Of a stretch of DNA of 64,000 nucleotides, positions 12,975 to 25,560 are shown piece by piece. The number at the start of each line of letters is the position of its first letter. Within the stretch, counting starts at the first letter, position 1. The notes beneath the pieces are model-generated. The model made no database searches and was not told where the DNA came from. It was given only the letters and a program-made list of their open reading frames with translations. The position numbers and the translations under genes are program-made. Where the stretch lies: assembly GCA_964187785.1 (NCBI GenBank), contig OZ076409.1, positions 248,001-312,000 of the forward strand, written 5' to 3'. This DNA is from Amphiscolops sp. MND2022 (Eukaryota).

Positions 12975-15950
12975 CAATCTCGGTTTTGGAGGTATAAAAA
13001 ACTTCAACTGGACAATACACATTAGTTCCAGCGTTTTGGGAAACTTCACAGTACCCACCGCTACAAAGAAAATAATAACTTTAATCTACCTTTCGATTGG
13101 GAAAACTGACAGAAAGATGATAACCAACAAGTTCCCGCATACAAACATCTTCGTAATTGAGATTGCAGATATGTTGGAGAGATGCAGATCGTAATTCGAG
13201 ATGACAAACAACCGCAAATTGGACAGACACGCGTTCCTGTCAAGCAGACAACAACAAGTGGGGTCACTTCACCAGTTTTGGAACATTTTGAACGGTCTTG
13301 CCGCAAAATGTGACCTTGGAGTACAAACGCAAAGCTTAGTGTACGACAATCATTCTAAAAATGTGTAATAAGCACGTGCAAGAGAAGCTTTGCCCTGAAC
13401 CAAAAGAAGATCCGGCAAAAGCACTTCAGTACGCTATTGCATTTGAGGAAGCCATAAGAAGACCGCAAACTATTGGCCAGCCAAGTGTATGCGTGAAGGT
13501 AAAAAAACAGTGTTTGTGGTTTCTGTTCAAGAAAATGAAAGAGAATGCTGGAGATGCGGAGCAGAAAATTTTACGGCAGCACATTTGAAAGTTTGCAAGG
13601 CACCTGAAACACAAGTTACTAATGCGGCATGAAACGTCATTTAGAGAAGTGTTGTAATTCGGAACAAACTGAAGAAAATTGCCATTCCAAGAAACTTTGA
13701 CAGACGTGATCAAAACTCCACAAGTGTTCAAAAACTGTTTGATTACTTCGAAGAGGACAAAGACTCTGGAAACGACAAGATGGGGTTTAACGTTGAAGCT
13801 GAAGGGACACAGAAAACAGAGCCTTACTACATGGAAGGGTGGATCAATGGTTTTCGTTTCAAAACAAGGATAGATATGGGCTCAGCTCTCATTATTTTTG
13901 CTGTTGATGAGATAAAGAGAGGAGATCATGTGCAGAAAGGACCAAGTCAGAATAATGATAGAAGGGGAGAAATATGTCGACTTCAATTGTAAACACATAA
14001 ATCTTGGGCAACGAGATATCTGTCAGTTCCAAGGGAGCGAATAGTTGATCAAGAAAGCAAGGATTCTAGTTGCAAAAGAAGACATGAAGTCCACAGTGAG
14101 AAGAGAGTTAAAGTCAAGATGGTTCAAAACCCAGTGGCTGAGTCAGAAATTGATGTAATTGATAAGGAAGAAGAACAGTTAAGTTCTGGAACAAGAACAT
14201 TTATAAAGGAACTCCCAAACCTTTTTTTCGAGAAAAGAGGAATAACAATTTCATGAAAATATTAAAAAAGACAGATGCCACAATTTCAAAAAAAGGAAGA
14301 AGAACACCCATTCAAATGCAAACAGCGGTAGTTTTGGAGATTAAAAAAAATTACTAAAAATTGGTCATATTGAACAAGTTGATGAAATTAAGGACGATTC
14401 TTACAGTCGGCTGGATAAAAACATCTATCAGTAATTTTTCTGTCTCCGAATCTACCGCTTTTTGCATTTGAATGGGAATTCGTTTTCATTCTTTTGAGAA
14501 ATCGTGGCATCTTTTCTCAGTTTTGATTTAATTTATAATTTTTCCTTTTTCTCGAAAAAAACTGGGAGTTAGTTTTAAAAAGTATTTGGTTCCAGCACGT
14601 AACTGTTCTACTTAACGTTTTGGATTTGGCAAATTTGCTAAACAAAGCAGAAACGTGCAAATTCGTACAAAGTCAAATTGAGTGGCTCGGGTTTCAATTG
14701 ACTAATTCATGAGTGTCGCCATTCATTGAAAAACTGCAAGGCATCACAGAAAGATTGCCACTATTGAACTTGAACGAACTAACTGAGATCGTATCCAGGT
14801 GCCATTAATCAGTTGAATGAATCAGTAATCAAATCAGAGCAAATGTTCAACTATTGGTTTACAGTTTACCATGTAAATCAATTTGAAGGAGATTTAGCTG
14901 AAGCGATTACGGCGAAAGAAGAGTACCCAGCAAAAAATGTTTTGCCAATTAGAAGCAAAAACGTGCGTATTTACAGTATATCAGCAAAACGACGGCGTGC
15001 TACAAAACGCTAAAACAAATAGGAGCGTCAAATTTGATTCAAAAGCAAGAAATAACTTGATGGACGGGAACTCGCGAACTAGTGCAGTGTACGTTCAGTC
15101 GTATTGCAAAAAGGAAAGACAAGTGCAGGAAATGACCATAATTTTCCAAAACTGGGACTCTGTCCAAATTACACGTCTCGCACCACCTTGACGGAAAAAA
15201 AGATTGATTCATTTAGCTTAGATTCAAACAATTTATTCAATCTTTACGAGCGATTATTTATACCTAAAGACATACGGGAAAACTGACGGCGATTCACTTT
15301 GGGGATGCTGGCAGGGATGCCATGTTGAGAGAAATCGCACAGGTTTGGTAGTCCAGAATTCACCAGAAAATCATAGAGAGGGCGAACAATTGCCCAGAAT
15401 GTACCAAAGCAAGTAAAAATTTAAAATGTCTAAAAATTCAAAAAGAAGTTTGAACATTAGGTAAAGCCTAAAAACCAAACGAAAATTTTTATTCGATTCC
15501 GCAGGCCCTTTCCAAAACGAAGCTCAAGAAAACAAGTACATGTTGATTTATGCAGATAATGGGATGGCAAGAGGCGCTATTTTTAACCGATCAGACTACC
15601 GAAAAGGTTTTAGATTTTTTGGCGGAATATATAGCACAACACGGAACTCCTCAGAGAATAAGGACCAACCCAGGAACAGCGTTCAGAAGCGACAAATTCA
15701 GACACTTTTGTAAAGTTAATAACATGAATCATTAGTTAATCCGATAAAAGGTCACAGAGGAATTGGGAAGTTTGAAAGAAAACTTAGGACAAAAAACGAG
15801 AGACATCGCTTCTAGGAGGAAATAAAGGGTCGTTCTAGGAGGAAAAATAATATTCTTTCAAGGATCCATTTTGCACTGAGTACTGAGATAGGTAAAATGG
15901 ATAATCGGCCTTTGAACGTCATAAGACCCAAAAATCCGATACTCCAAAAT
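12975..15950 (+). pseudogene. Frameshifted gag-pol remnant
   Basis: gag (VQEKLCPEPKEDPAKALQYAIAFEE; knuckle ECWRCGAENFTAAHLKVC), protease (INGFRFKTRIDMGS), RT pieces (GHIEQVDEI; CKFVQSQIEWLGFQL), integrase (IHFG..GRDAML..CPEC; FLAEYIAQHGTPQRIRTNPGTAF). Many stops and frameshifts; RT catalytic core not found. Confidence 0.88.
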
Positions 15951-16902
15951 CTGCAAAAAAGATTGATTTCATTTCAGAAAGGGATCCAAATCTCCAAATA
16001 TAAGAAGAGCACATCAGCCTCGATGCGGACACGACAGTTTTAATCCGAGAAAGGATGAGAGGGTCCAAATTAACATTTTCCAAAAGAGTTAACTTTTTCC
16101 AAAAGAAAGGCCAAGATAGTGTCCGAACATAGAAACACTATCACCATTTTGCCTAATGAAAGAAACCCTGTTATTTTGTCCAAAAGAGACCTGGCACTCC
16201 GACGCCACAAACCCACAAAAGAAAGAAAGGAAGTAGAAAAATGGCGAAGTTGGAAGAACTGCCACAAGGCAGCAAAATGGCAAGTTGCGCGAAATGGACG
16301 GAAAAGGAGCAGACACTAAGGCTAGCATGATCATCGAGCGAAGAAGATGTTGAAGAGACGGTTGGGGGAAGAAGCATTCTGGTGGATCAAGAAATGCCGA
16401 CCGGAAGCGGCCAGAAGAACCCCATTCCAAATCTGGCACGAACCAAATTGCAGAATCTGGCCAAGTGACCGAAGTGGAAGAAGGAGGGGTCACTGAGGGA
16501 ACGAAGTCCGAGTCGGAAACAATCGGTTATGTGCAATCGGAAGAAGAAGAAGAAGGAGAAGTAGTTCCTGAAAAAGTGCGCATCCAAGGAGAGGCAAGTT
16601 CGGAAGTCTCAAGAAGAAAAACGCGCTCAGGAGGACTGGCGAAGAGATCAGAATGGCTTGCTCAAAACGTCATGATTAGCTCAGTGGAAGAAGGAAAGCC
16701 GGAGGAAGAAGCTTAAAAGTAACACCAAACATTGTTAAAGACCCGAAACCCGTTTCATTGTTGCATTTATTGTGTTGTAGCCATTTGGCGACAATAAGTT
16801 TGTATTATTGTTCTTAGTAAATTCTTAATGCAAAAGTGAGTTACACATTCTTAGTAGATCCACAAATTGTAATCCGTAACTATTTGTATGAACAAAGGGG
16901 AA

Positions 16903-17072
16903 TGTGGTAGAGTTGTAAATCGACATGTTAAAAATATTAGTTAACATATTATGTAATTTACTGAAGTATCTGCAAACTCAGGAGCGTGAGAATTGATAAC
17001 GTAACAGTTACGTCAATTCACACTCGTTTGCCATTTCTGATTCTTTTGCCAAGTCTGAGATTAACCTCAACA
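16903..17072 (+). repeat. 3' LTR (170 bp, TG...CA)
   Basis: Follows the polypurine tract; its first ~23 nt match the 5' LTR stub at 12950. Confidence 0.8.
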
Positions 17073-17959
17073 GGAACGCTTTTACAAATTCCGGCATTTG
17101 AGATTTTTTCTGCTTAAAGTTAAGTTATCTCAGCACGCTATATCCGAGTTTAGTTTTTTAAAAGGCCAAATCTTTTCCATGTAATTTTTTTCTAATTTGC
17201 TTTTATCGAAGTCTCCTCAATTTTCAGTAGAAAGAAAACGTCTTGCGAACATACAGGACTCTTTATTCTTTTCGGCACTATGCGATTCACCGGAGACTTC
17301 CATCAAAAACTTTTCCATTTGGGGAAAAATGGTTATTGAGTTTCATCCGTATCCCATGGGGTATTTTTTGGTATTGTAAATTTATGAAAGTTTTAGTATT
17401 TTAGGCCTTAAGCGGGGCACCGACTTGGGCCGTTCCCAGCTTCTATAGACTATAATTGGTTGTTTTGAACGTTTGATACGTATTCACAAATTTTTCGTGA
17501 AAGTTTGCTGACAACGCGACCATAAATTTGATTCAAAAGATTTACGTTATCAAAAGTTGATGAGAAACTTGTTTAGAATGAAGCTATTCTATTTGAAGAC
17601 TCTACTATATAGCCAGGCATGCAGTTTTACTGGTTTTACTGTGTTCTGTGATGCTAGAAGGCGGCGAGAGAAGGCGAGTAAAGGGGCACGTGTGTTTGAC
17701 TGGAACAGAGCAGCTCTCTCTCTCTCTCATTTCTGCTTCTTCTCTCCAAATCTGTCTCGATCTGCGCATGTACAGCAGTAAGTACGTACTGTAGATAGAG
17801 AGTGTGCAGTACACATAAGGAGTACAGTGCATACATGTACAGCAGAGTGTGCAGTCAGTTGGTAACACAGTGATTTAGTGACAGGTCATTTAGTCAAGTC
17901 TGATCAGAGCCGAGCAGAGCAGCTCTACTTTGTGACACTTCAATTTGTGACAAACAACC

Positions 17960-18074
17960 ATGCCAGCCTCTTCAGGTGCCGCCCAGGGTGCAAACAAACA
18001 ATCACAGACACAAACAGTCGTCCATGCATGTCTCTCAAAAATGAGCTCTCCTCGATTCAATCAATGGAAAATAA
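17960..18074 (+). CDS. SPATIAL-domain (TBATA/C4orf17-like) gene, coding exon 1
   Basis: AACCATG start, MPASSGAAQGANKQ...RFNQWKI, donor A|GTAAGA in phase 1 matching the next exon. Confidence 0.6.
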
Positions 18075-18357
18075 GTAAGAGTGATAAGGTGAAGTTTCCC
18101 CAGAAAACAATTTTTAGAAAATGTTAAATCACAATTTGAAACGAAACAATTTTCAAAGTAGGACAGAAATGGTCAAAAAGGTTGGCTGTCGTTCACAAAA
18201 AAGTGAGTTTGTTCATTATTCTCGTTCGTTTCTGGTTGTTTCCACATAATCAACTTGTATCAACGATGGAAGCACGTGAAATGTCTGCTGTCAGTTGAAG
18301 TGTTTGTTGAGTTTGTTGGACTTGCACCCTTGGGTGGTTGGGTGGCTGCTGCATCAG

Positions 18358-18618
18358 CTGCTGTGGACTCGGAGTTGGACTACCCCAACAAGGCGCTGGT
18401 CGTGATCGGCACCGACGGCAGGTCCGCCAGCAACAAGTTCGACTCGCAGAGCCACTACCACCAGCAGTTCAACACCAGCCCCACCAAACACTCCTCTGAC
18501 CCCCCGGGTAGGCAGCAGCAGCAGCAGCCCATCAGTGGGTCGTTCACCCCCGTGCTCACCTACAGCCAGTTCCTCACCCGCCACGCCCCACACCCCTTCC
18601 GGGTGAGACACATGAAAG
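18358..18618 (+). CDS. SPATIAL-domain gene, coding exon 2
   Basis: CAG| acceptor, GC3-rich codons, ends [20 protein letters not shown] with donor G|GTGAGA (phase 1). Confidence 0.85.
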
Positions 18619-20566
18619 GTGAGAGGGAGTCTTCTTCTTTTCTTCTTCTTTATTCATCGCATGTACTGATTGTGACATGACTCTTCTCTCCCTCTTCGCT
18701 CCCTCCTTTCTCGGCTGGGCCGCCCTTTCCGATCTTGTTCAAACTAGACTGTAGAGGTCAAACTGAAAAAAAATTGCTTATTACATTCTATCACTCGCTA
18801 CGAAAGAGTGATGAATATGGGATGAAATCCGTGTGCGAAGTCAGCAAATTGTAATAGTACAAAAATTAAAGGAAAGAACAAAAAACTTCACCCTTATGTT
18901 GCCCTGGAAACTTTGACGCATGTCTTGAGCAAAACTACGAGTCGTCTTCTTCACTCGACGTGAATCGCATTACCACCCTAGTTGAGACTGCAGGATCTTT
19001 TTACATGCTGCAGGCCTGCATGCAGGGTAATTCTTTATAAAACCTAGAAAGTTCAATGGTACTTCCGAGGGTAAATATTGTAGAAATACACTGCATTTTC
19101 CACTACTGCAGTTAAATTTGAAAATAAATACCACTTCAGCACCCACCGAGTCGATCACTTTGTATTTACACTTTGTTTTCTCAACTATTCATCATGTGAT
19201 CACCGCTTCTCAAATAGGACGCTAAACATGACACTAATTTGCAGTTTATTACGTGACTGAAGTTACATGTATTTGGCATTAAAATGGCTGTTAAACTGAG
19301 AGCGATTTATTTGCTTTTAAAATTAAAACTGCTTCTTAATAAAACCTGCAAAACTTCAATGCTTAAATTTGCCGCTAAAACTTTGATGAATCTTTTGAGG
19401 AGCTTGATGAAAGTCGAATACAACAGGTAACTATTCTCGCATGAAAGTTTCCGTAAGAGTTTTAGAAAATCAAATTTAAAATTGCTGGCAACATTAAAGT
19501 ACATGCAAAAAGTTCAAGCAGTTTCAACAAGGGCACACAACACTGTAGGAATTTAGAGTTCGAGGCCGCAGAAATTTTTTAACTAACTAAAACAGAAGGT
19601 TGCGAATAAAGCTTTGATGGGTACGTTTCGTTTCAATGGACTGGCCTTGCTAGGATTCTCTCCACAATATGATATTTCGGCTCAGTTGAACTGTCCAAAT
19701 TGAAGTACTATTTGAATTACTTTTATTTTAAAACGGCAAATCACTGTCTTCAAAAATGATCGCTAACTAACCACTCACGATTCAGCAGTTATGCGAAACC
19801 GCAAAACACAAAGTCTCGTACTTGCTATTTCTATCTGTTCTAAGTTTAGCTTACGGAACTAGCGACATTGCAACCTTCTAGTGAAGTACAATGTCTCTAA
19901 CTCTTAGTTCTCTAGCTCGGTTGTGTGTTTTCCCGTATTCCAATTCCGCCTCAATTATCTTAATTTGTCACGCGTGTTGCCAGTGGTCTCTACGCCACAT
20001 TCCGTCATGCTTGGCATTTACAATACTGAGTGTTGTCGTTTTGAGTTTGCACGTTTTTATTTATCCTTTTATTGCATAGTGAACGTTTCTGTCAAACACA
20101 TTTCCACTTCGATTACGCATTCCTTGGCGCCCCTTGAAGATAGTTCAAAAACCTACCTGAAATTCACATTACATGGTATTTCAAGTCCACCAAGATCTTT
20201 CTGTAGTAAAGGCGATCGCTAGAGGCCTTCGGTTACATGATTCAGATGTTCTTCACACGTGAAGAGCCTTCTCCCGTCAGTATGAATTCAGCGCATATCG
20301 AATCTTATCGCCTGATTAAAATGCATATATTTGCATATATTTGCATATCACGCAAATGATGCTGGCTTTCAGGTTTTATTGTATGTTTTTCCAATTGTTA
20401 GGGGTTTGTTTATATAGGGGTCTCGGTCACAAGCGGGGTGTCCGGTTCGGTCCAAAACGTTCTACACTGCTTACTAAAGTTCCACCAAGGCAAAAAAGTC
20501 AAGGACCCACTTAGTAGAATTTAGTACACATGAGTGAGATGAGTGAGTGTTTGTTTGTTAATTGAG

Positions 20567-20830
20567 GTTTGCTGGACATGCCCATCTGCAACGTGGTGGA
20601 CGAGGTGCCGGAGGGGCAGCAGAGCAGTCGCTTCCACAGGAGCATCTCCACCCCCGAGAGAGCCAAGACCTACTTCAACGGCAGACTGCCCATGGACCAG
20701 ATGGACATCTCCCTGCGACTGAAGCACCCCAAGCAGCTGCTGGACACCCACTCGGGGGGCACAGCAGCCAAAGTGACAACGGCCCCCGTGGTCAGCACCA
20801 CCGGCAGAGACTACAAGATGCCCCAAATCA
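20567..20830 (+). CDS. SPATIAL-domain gene, coding exon 3
   Basis: Joins in frame to give [29 protein letters not shown], resembling the RHxPHPxxVxHIxGLxxxPICxVxD motif I recall for TBATA/C4orf17. Donor A|GTAAGT at 20831. Confidence 0.85.
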
Positions 20831-20892
20831 GTAAGTGCACGTGCACCTGTTTGCTCTTCATTCCCTGATATTGGCGGCATCTTCCTAGGAAG

Positions 20893-21229
20893 AACAAGCC
20901 GGGACCGGCACGAGTCGGCGCCATATCTAAGGCTCATAAATAGCAAAAGGACTTCAAAGTGTCAAAGTATTGGTGAATTGGGGACCCTTTGATGAAAATT
21001 TTTTTGAAAAAAGTCCCACAATACCGAAAAAACTCAAAGGTGGGACCATTTAGTCTCGCCCGGTATTGTATGCTACGCGGAAAAAAGGAAGACCCTTTCT
21101 GGTTCAGTTCCCTGGGCCAACAGGTAGAACTTGTAGAACTATTTTGGTCACTTCGGGTGTATCGGAAAAAAGACTGACGATAACCCATGACTATAGTCGA
21201 CTCTTTCCTCAAGAAAAGCGCCGACTAAA
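20893..21229 (-). mobile_element. Helentron/DINE-1-like short element, best-preserved copy
   Basis: On minus: 5' TAGTCGGCGC, 3' GCGCCGACT (sub-terminal inverted repeat), then a GCCGG-TC-CCGGC hairpin and TTGTT; no TSD. Confidence 0.7.
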
Positions 21230-21677
21230 AAGGAGAAAAAAAATCATTTATTCAGTTGGGCTTATGTATTAGAGATAGAAACTGACGAAATAATTCGTAA
21301 AAATTTGCGCCACAAATTGACATCTCGGTTTCATCAAACATTCCATTTAGTCCTGAAATGGAAAGCTATTGCATAATTTGTTTAATTTATTGGCCAGAGA
21401 TCGTATTTTTGAGAAAATGCTTTCTGATTTTCTTTAGGTAGGCATCCAATGTTATGCCTATGTCACTGATTCACTGTCACTATTATTTCACGCAAATGAA
21501 TCTCGATTTTACACGCCGTGAATTTCTGCCATCCCCAGTTGGATTGTGATTATAATGAGTGCTGCACTAATGTGTGATAGACAGTTCTAGGACAATATGC
21601 CCAAGGAAATTACGCCCAAGCAAATTAAGCTCTTCAAAGCGAATAGCAGCAATTTTTTCAGGTTATAATTTGAAGAG

Positions 21678-21800
21678 GTTAGCATATTTGTTGTATGGCT
21701 CTATCGCTTCGCTCCCTTGGCCAAGTAGCAACATTGAGGCATGGCCATATGGCACGTCGCTTCGCTCCTGCATTTAGGGCACTAGGGGTATGTGAATACA
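21678..21800 (+). mobile_element. Short Helitron-like module (TCGCTTCGCT ... GGGCACTAG)
   Basis: Copies at 34819-34872 (+, ending CTAG|T) and 38995-39130 (-). This copy lies between inverted ATTACGCCCAA repeats (~21590-21640 and ~21830-21870). Confidence 0.45.
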
Positions 21801-21920
21801 GCTGATAACATTATCGTAATTTACTTGTGCATAATTTACGTTTGGGCGTAATGTCCTTGGGCGTAATGTGCGGACACCATGAGAGACATTTCAAGAAGAG
21901 ATCAACTTCATTCGAAAACG

Positions 21921-22030
21921 TGCGTGTACGAAACCAGAGTTGGTGGGACATAGACCCCACTTTTTACTAGGCCTTGGTGGGACGGGCACAAGGTGGGACA
22001 TAATAAGTGGGACGTCATTTTTCACATAGT
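21921..22030 (-). repeat. GTCCCAC x4 module (dispersed family)
   Basis: GTCCCACCAAGGCCTAGTAAAAAG..GTCTATGTCCCAC also near 25920, 30675, 32945, 37890, 41955, 42390, 46535, 46665, 56636, 60905 and 61095. Confidence 0.9.
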
Positions 22031-22564
22031 GCAAAACGCCTAAAATTGACAAAGAAACCATTTGAGAAAATGTTCCACCAAGTGCCTTACACTCCACACC
22101 TACACATTTTTACAGCGCCGACAAGCGGCCAAAAGTTGTCATCGATGAAATCCGCGTTTTTGATTGGTTAAACGGATTGTGTGTATGTCCCACCAACAAT
22201 GCGTGAAATGGCCCCATGCGCCTCGGCCTCTGATTCGTTGGCGAGAATGCTGTGTGTATGTCCCACCAACGCGGGTTGTAAACATCGGCTTCTGATTGGT
22301 CGACGACATGTCGAGTGTATGTCCCACCAAGTGATGGGTTTTTGAAAAAGAACGAACGCCGACCTCGGATTGTCAAGTCGTTTCTGTCGGTGTAAGTCGC
22401 AGCAAGTATGATAATTTTCTTTTGGTCATTGACCTCTTTAAACGTTCATGTTGCTTCTTTCTAACACCACATTACTATGATTCATTCATGATGTGACCGA
22501 CAGGGTATGCACCAACAATGCTTGTCCCACCAACTCCAAGTTTCGAACAGTTTTTGAAAATCAA

Positions 22565-23245
22565 TTCTATCCTTTTCAGAAAGGCTGCAGAATGAAGATA
22601 TCATAACTGCATTAGCGAAATTTCTCGCATTTACAAAGTAATTTATTCACCTATTCACAAAACCACCCCCCCCAAGCAAAAGAGTAAAATGAAACAAAAT
22701 AAATACTCAACAACGATTTCAAGGTCCTAATCAAAATTATTTCAGTTTATTTTTTGGAATAAATGCTATCATTTTCAGAAAGGCTGCAGAATGAAGATAT
22801 CGTAAATGCATTAGCGAAATTTCTCGCATTTACAAAGTAATTCATTCATCTATTCACAAAACCACCCCCCTTCACGCAAAAGAGTAAAATGAAACAAAAG
22901 AAATACTCAACAACGATTTCAAGGTCCTAATCAAAATTATTTCAGTTTATTTTTTGGAATAAATGCTATCATTTTCAGAATGGCTGCAGAATGAAGATAT
23001 TGTAAATGCATTAGCGAAATTTCTCGCATTTACAAAGTAATTCATTCTTCTATTCACAAAACCACCACCCCTTCACGCAAAAGAGTAAAATGAAACAAAA
23101 GAAATACTCAACAACGATTTCAAGGTCCTAATTAAAATTATTTCAGTTTATATTTTGGATTAAATTCTATCATTTTGAGAAATGCTGCAGAATGACGATA
23201 TCATAAATGCATTAGCGAAATTTCTCGCATTTACAAAGTAATTTC
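22565..23245. repeat. ~200-bp tandem repeat, ~3.4 units
   Basis: TTTTCAGAAAGGCTGCAGAATGAAGATAT or a close variant at ~22573, 22772, 22972 and 23173. Confidence 0.95.
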
Positions 23246-23699
23246 ACGGAAAAAAGTGGCGTTGACATTTGACAAAAATCGAAATCACACGGCGTTGCTT
23301 TTTCATTGAAATTACAATTAAAGATAGGCTATAAGAATTGCATTTAGAGAATTGCTGATTTTTATTTGATATCGAAAAATTTTTTCAATCAAATCATATC
23401 AGCATCCTCAAGACATTTGGGGGCAAATGATCAACTAAAAATTTTTCAAAACAAATTTTTCAAATTCGTGAAAACCAAGAAAATGTGGAAATTTGATGAA
23501 ATTTTGTCAAAAATTCCGATTTCTAACTTTCGTAATTTTCGTCGCAGAAATTTCAAACAAACAATTTTGTAAACTAAATAAAATTCTAAGAAACTTTTGT
23601 AGCTGACAGTTTTTTGTATTTGTGACAGTCTCAAAGATATTTGGATTTGAAACTCGCAATTTCAAGAAATGGAGTTGCGATACTTCAGAACACTACTGT

Positions 23700-23880
23700 A
23701 CTCGAAATCACATCGCGTTGCTATTCCACTTGGAGTTGCTCGAAATCACATCGCGTTGCTATTCCACTTAGAGTTGACCGAAGTCACATCGCGTTGCTAT
23801 TTCACTGGAATTACTCGAAATCACATCGCGTTGCTATTTCATTGCTATTATTCCCTCAAATCACTCCGCGTTGCTTTTTT
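23700..23880. repeat. ~37-bp minisatellite (CTCGAAATCACATCGCGTTGCTATTTC...)
   Basis: Five tandem units; further arrays at 34520-34745, 57836-58025 and 58430-58695. Confidence 0.95.
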
Positions 23881-24226
23881 CAACCAATCAGAGCGCTTAT
23901 TGCTGGCTTCTCGTAAGCGAACAATACAATACCGTGATTAGGAAAACGTCCCCCGGGCGATTTCAGGTTCGATGTTCTCGAAATCGGTCAAAGATTTTGA
24001 AAAACATCAGAGAAAAAAAGCTCTTTAGAATTTCATGTAGTTCACATCTATTTTGAAATTTTTAAATTTTTTTTTAAATTTTTGACCGCTTTATCCACTC
24101 TTGTTTTGGCAATTAATTGATGTATTTTGATTATTGGATAAGTAATTTGTGAGTTTCTATTCATCAATTAATTGATTTTGGTTAAAATCTATTCCTTTTA
24201 GCATTTCCTACTTTTAAAAGTGTACT

Positions 24227-25560
24227 TAGCATATTTTTGTACTAGAATATTTAAACTTAGATTTTTGAAACCCTTTAGAGGCCAGAATTTTCTCGGCGTG
24301 GGTCTTGTTATGGGCGACACTATGTGATCCCCTAACTGAGAGCCTCTTTAAAACTTAATTTTACTGGGCAAAAGTAACTTTTCGTTTAGATTTGTAATCT
24401 CAGCTGTTATTTGTGCCCGACAAAAAATGTTCTCATTCACGTGAAACTTTGCGTTTACTACAGTTATACCGGTTAACTACAGTTTTTAACTAGTTATACA
24501 ACGTAATGTTTAACAACGTGCCGTGTGGGAGCAGCAGAAAATGAAAATTTGGTCCAATACAGCAGGATTCAAATACAGCAGAAAATCAAATTAGCTTTTA
24601 GTGCTGTTACAGCTAATATGCATGGAACTTGATTTATTTGGAAGGTTAGCAAACTTGTAGTATGGCTCGGTCGCTTGAAGCGACAGTTCAGGGAAGGTGC
24701 GAATTTGTTTGAGCAAAAGTTGTGACGTTATGCTCGGCTGCTAAAATGCGAAGCGAGTCGCTTCGCATTATAGCAGCCGAGCATAACATCACAACTTTTG
24801 CTTAAACAAATTCGCACCTTCCCCGAACTGTCAATGCCCTTAGTTGGCACAGTGACTTCTTTAATTAGCAGTGCTAATTTAGCACGCTGTGGCTATGAAT
24901 ATTCGCAAACACATGTACTGTAAATTTTGTAATACTGATTTGAGTTGAAATTCAGTTTTGATGAACTTATTTCCGGCATTTGTTACAATTTTGTTTATTT
25001 TCGGAAGTTTTATTCTAATCAATATTTTCGGAATAATGATGTTTCGGAATAATGGAACGCCCCCACTTATTTTCCCCCTAATTCCTCTGAATTTCAAGTC
25101 GTTCCAAGTCCAAGTATCTCAAACCTTTTGTCGGAAGTGGTTTCAAGCATGGCTTACATATTACTTTGAAGAGTTTCGAGGATTCCTGGAATTACTTTTA
25201 TCTTGTTTCTTCAGCTCTCTTTCTTAATATGTCATACAAAGCCTAACCGACAGGTGACCTAACTCGTTTTTTTGTTGGTTAGTTATTTTTTTGATTAAAC
25301 TTATTCAATTTTCTAATTGTCCAGATAAACGTGAATTTCCAAAGAGCAAATAACATAAAAACTCAATTTCAATTACTGTATCTTGTTCCAAGCGTGAACG
25401 TTTGCAATTTTGGACAATAATATCAAAAAATTATGGAATTTTTACCTGAAGTGTCCAACCAGTTGTAGAGACAATCCTCTAAGTATAATCTAAGTATAAG
25501 TATAATATTCTCTTATTAGTTAAATATTTTTTTTCCAGAAGAAAATGTGCTTTCGTGTTG
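24227..25560 (+). repeat. Segment duplicated, with indels, at ~35509-36560
   Basis: Shared collinear blocks TTAGCATATTTTTGTACTAGAAT ... GGGTCTTGTTATGGGCGACACTATGTGATCCCC ... CCAGAAGAAAATGTGCTTTCGTGTTG. Confidence 0.9.

Larger units (their letters stand above)
12950..17072 (+). mobile_element. Decayed Ty3/Gypsy LTR retrotransposon
   Basis: TGTGGTAGAGTTGTAAAT at 12950 and 16903; polypurine tract AACAAAGGGGAA at 16891-16902; 3' LTR ends TCAACA at 17072; near-TSD GAAAC/GGAAC. Domain order is gag-PR-RT-INT. Confidence 0.9.
12600..17445 (+). mobile_element. Helentron-like copy interrupted by the Gypsy element
   Basis: 5' end TAGTCGGCACTTTTG..GACTATA at 12601; 3' end GGGGCACCGACTTGGGCCGTTCCCAGCTT at ~17413-17442. 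Family-type sequence lies on both sides of the LTR element. Confidence 0.5.

Noticed and set aside
16465..16716. Acidic ORF as an env-like or independent gene
   Set aside because: It lies between integrase and the polypurine tract; most simply the low-complexity tail of pol, with no signal or transmembrane segment.
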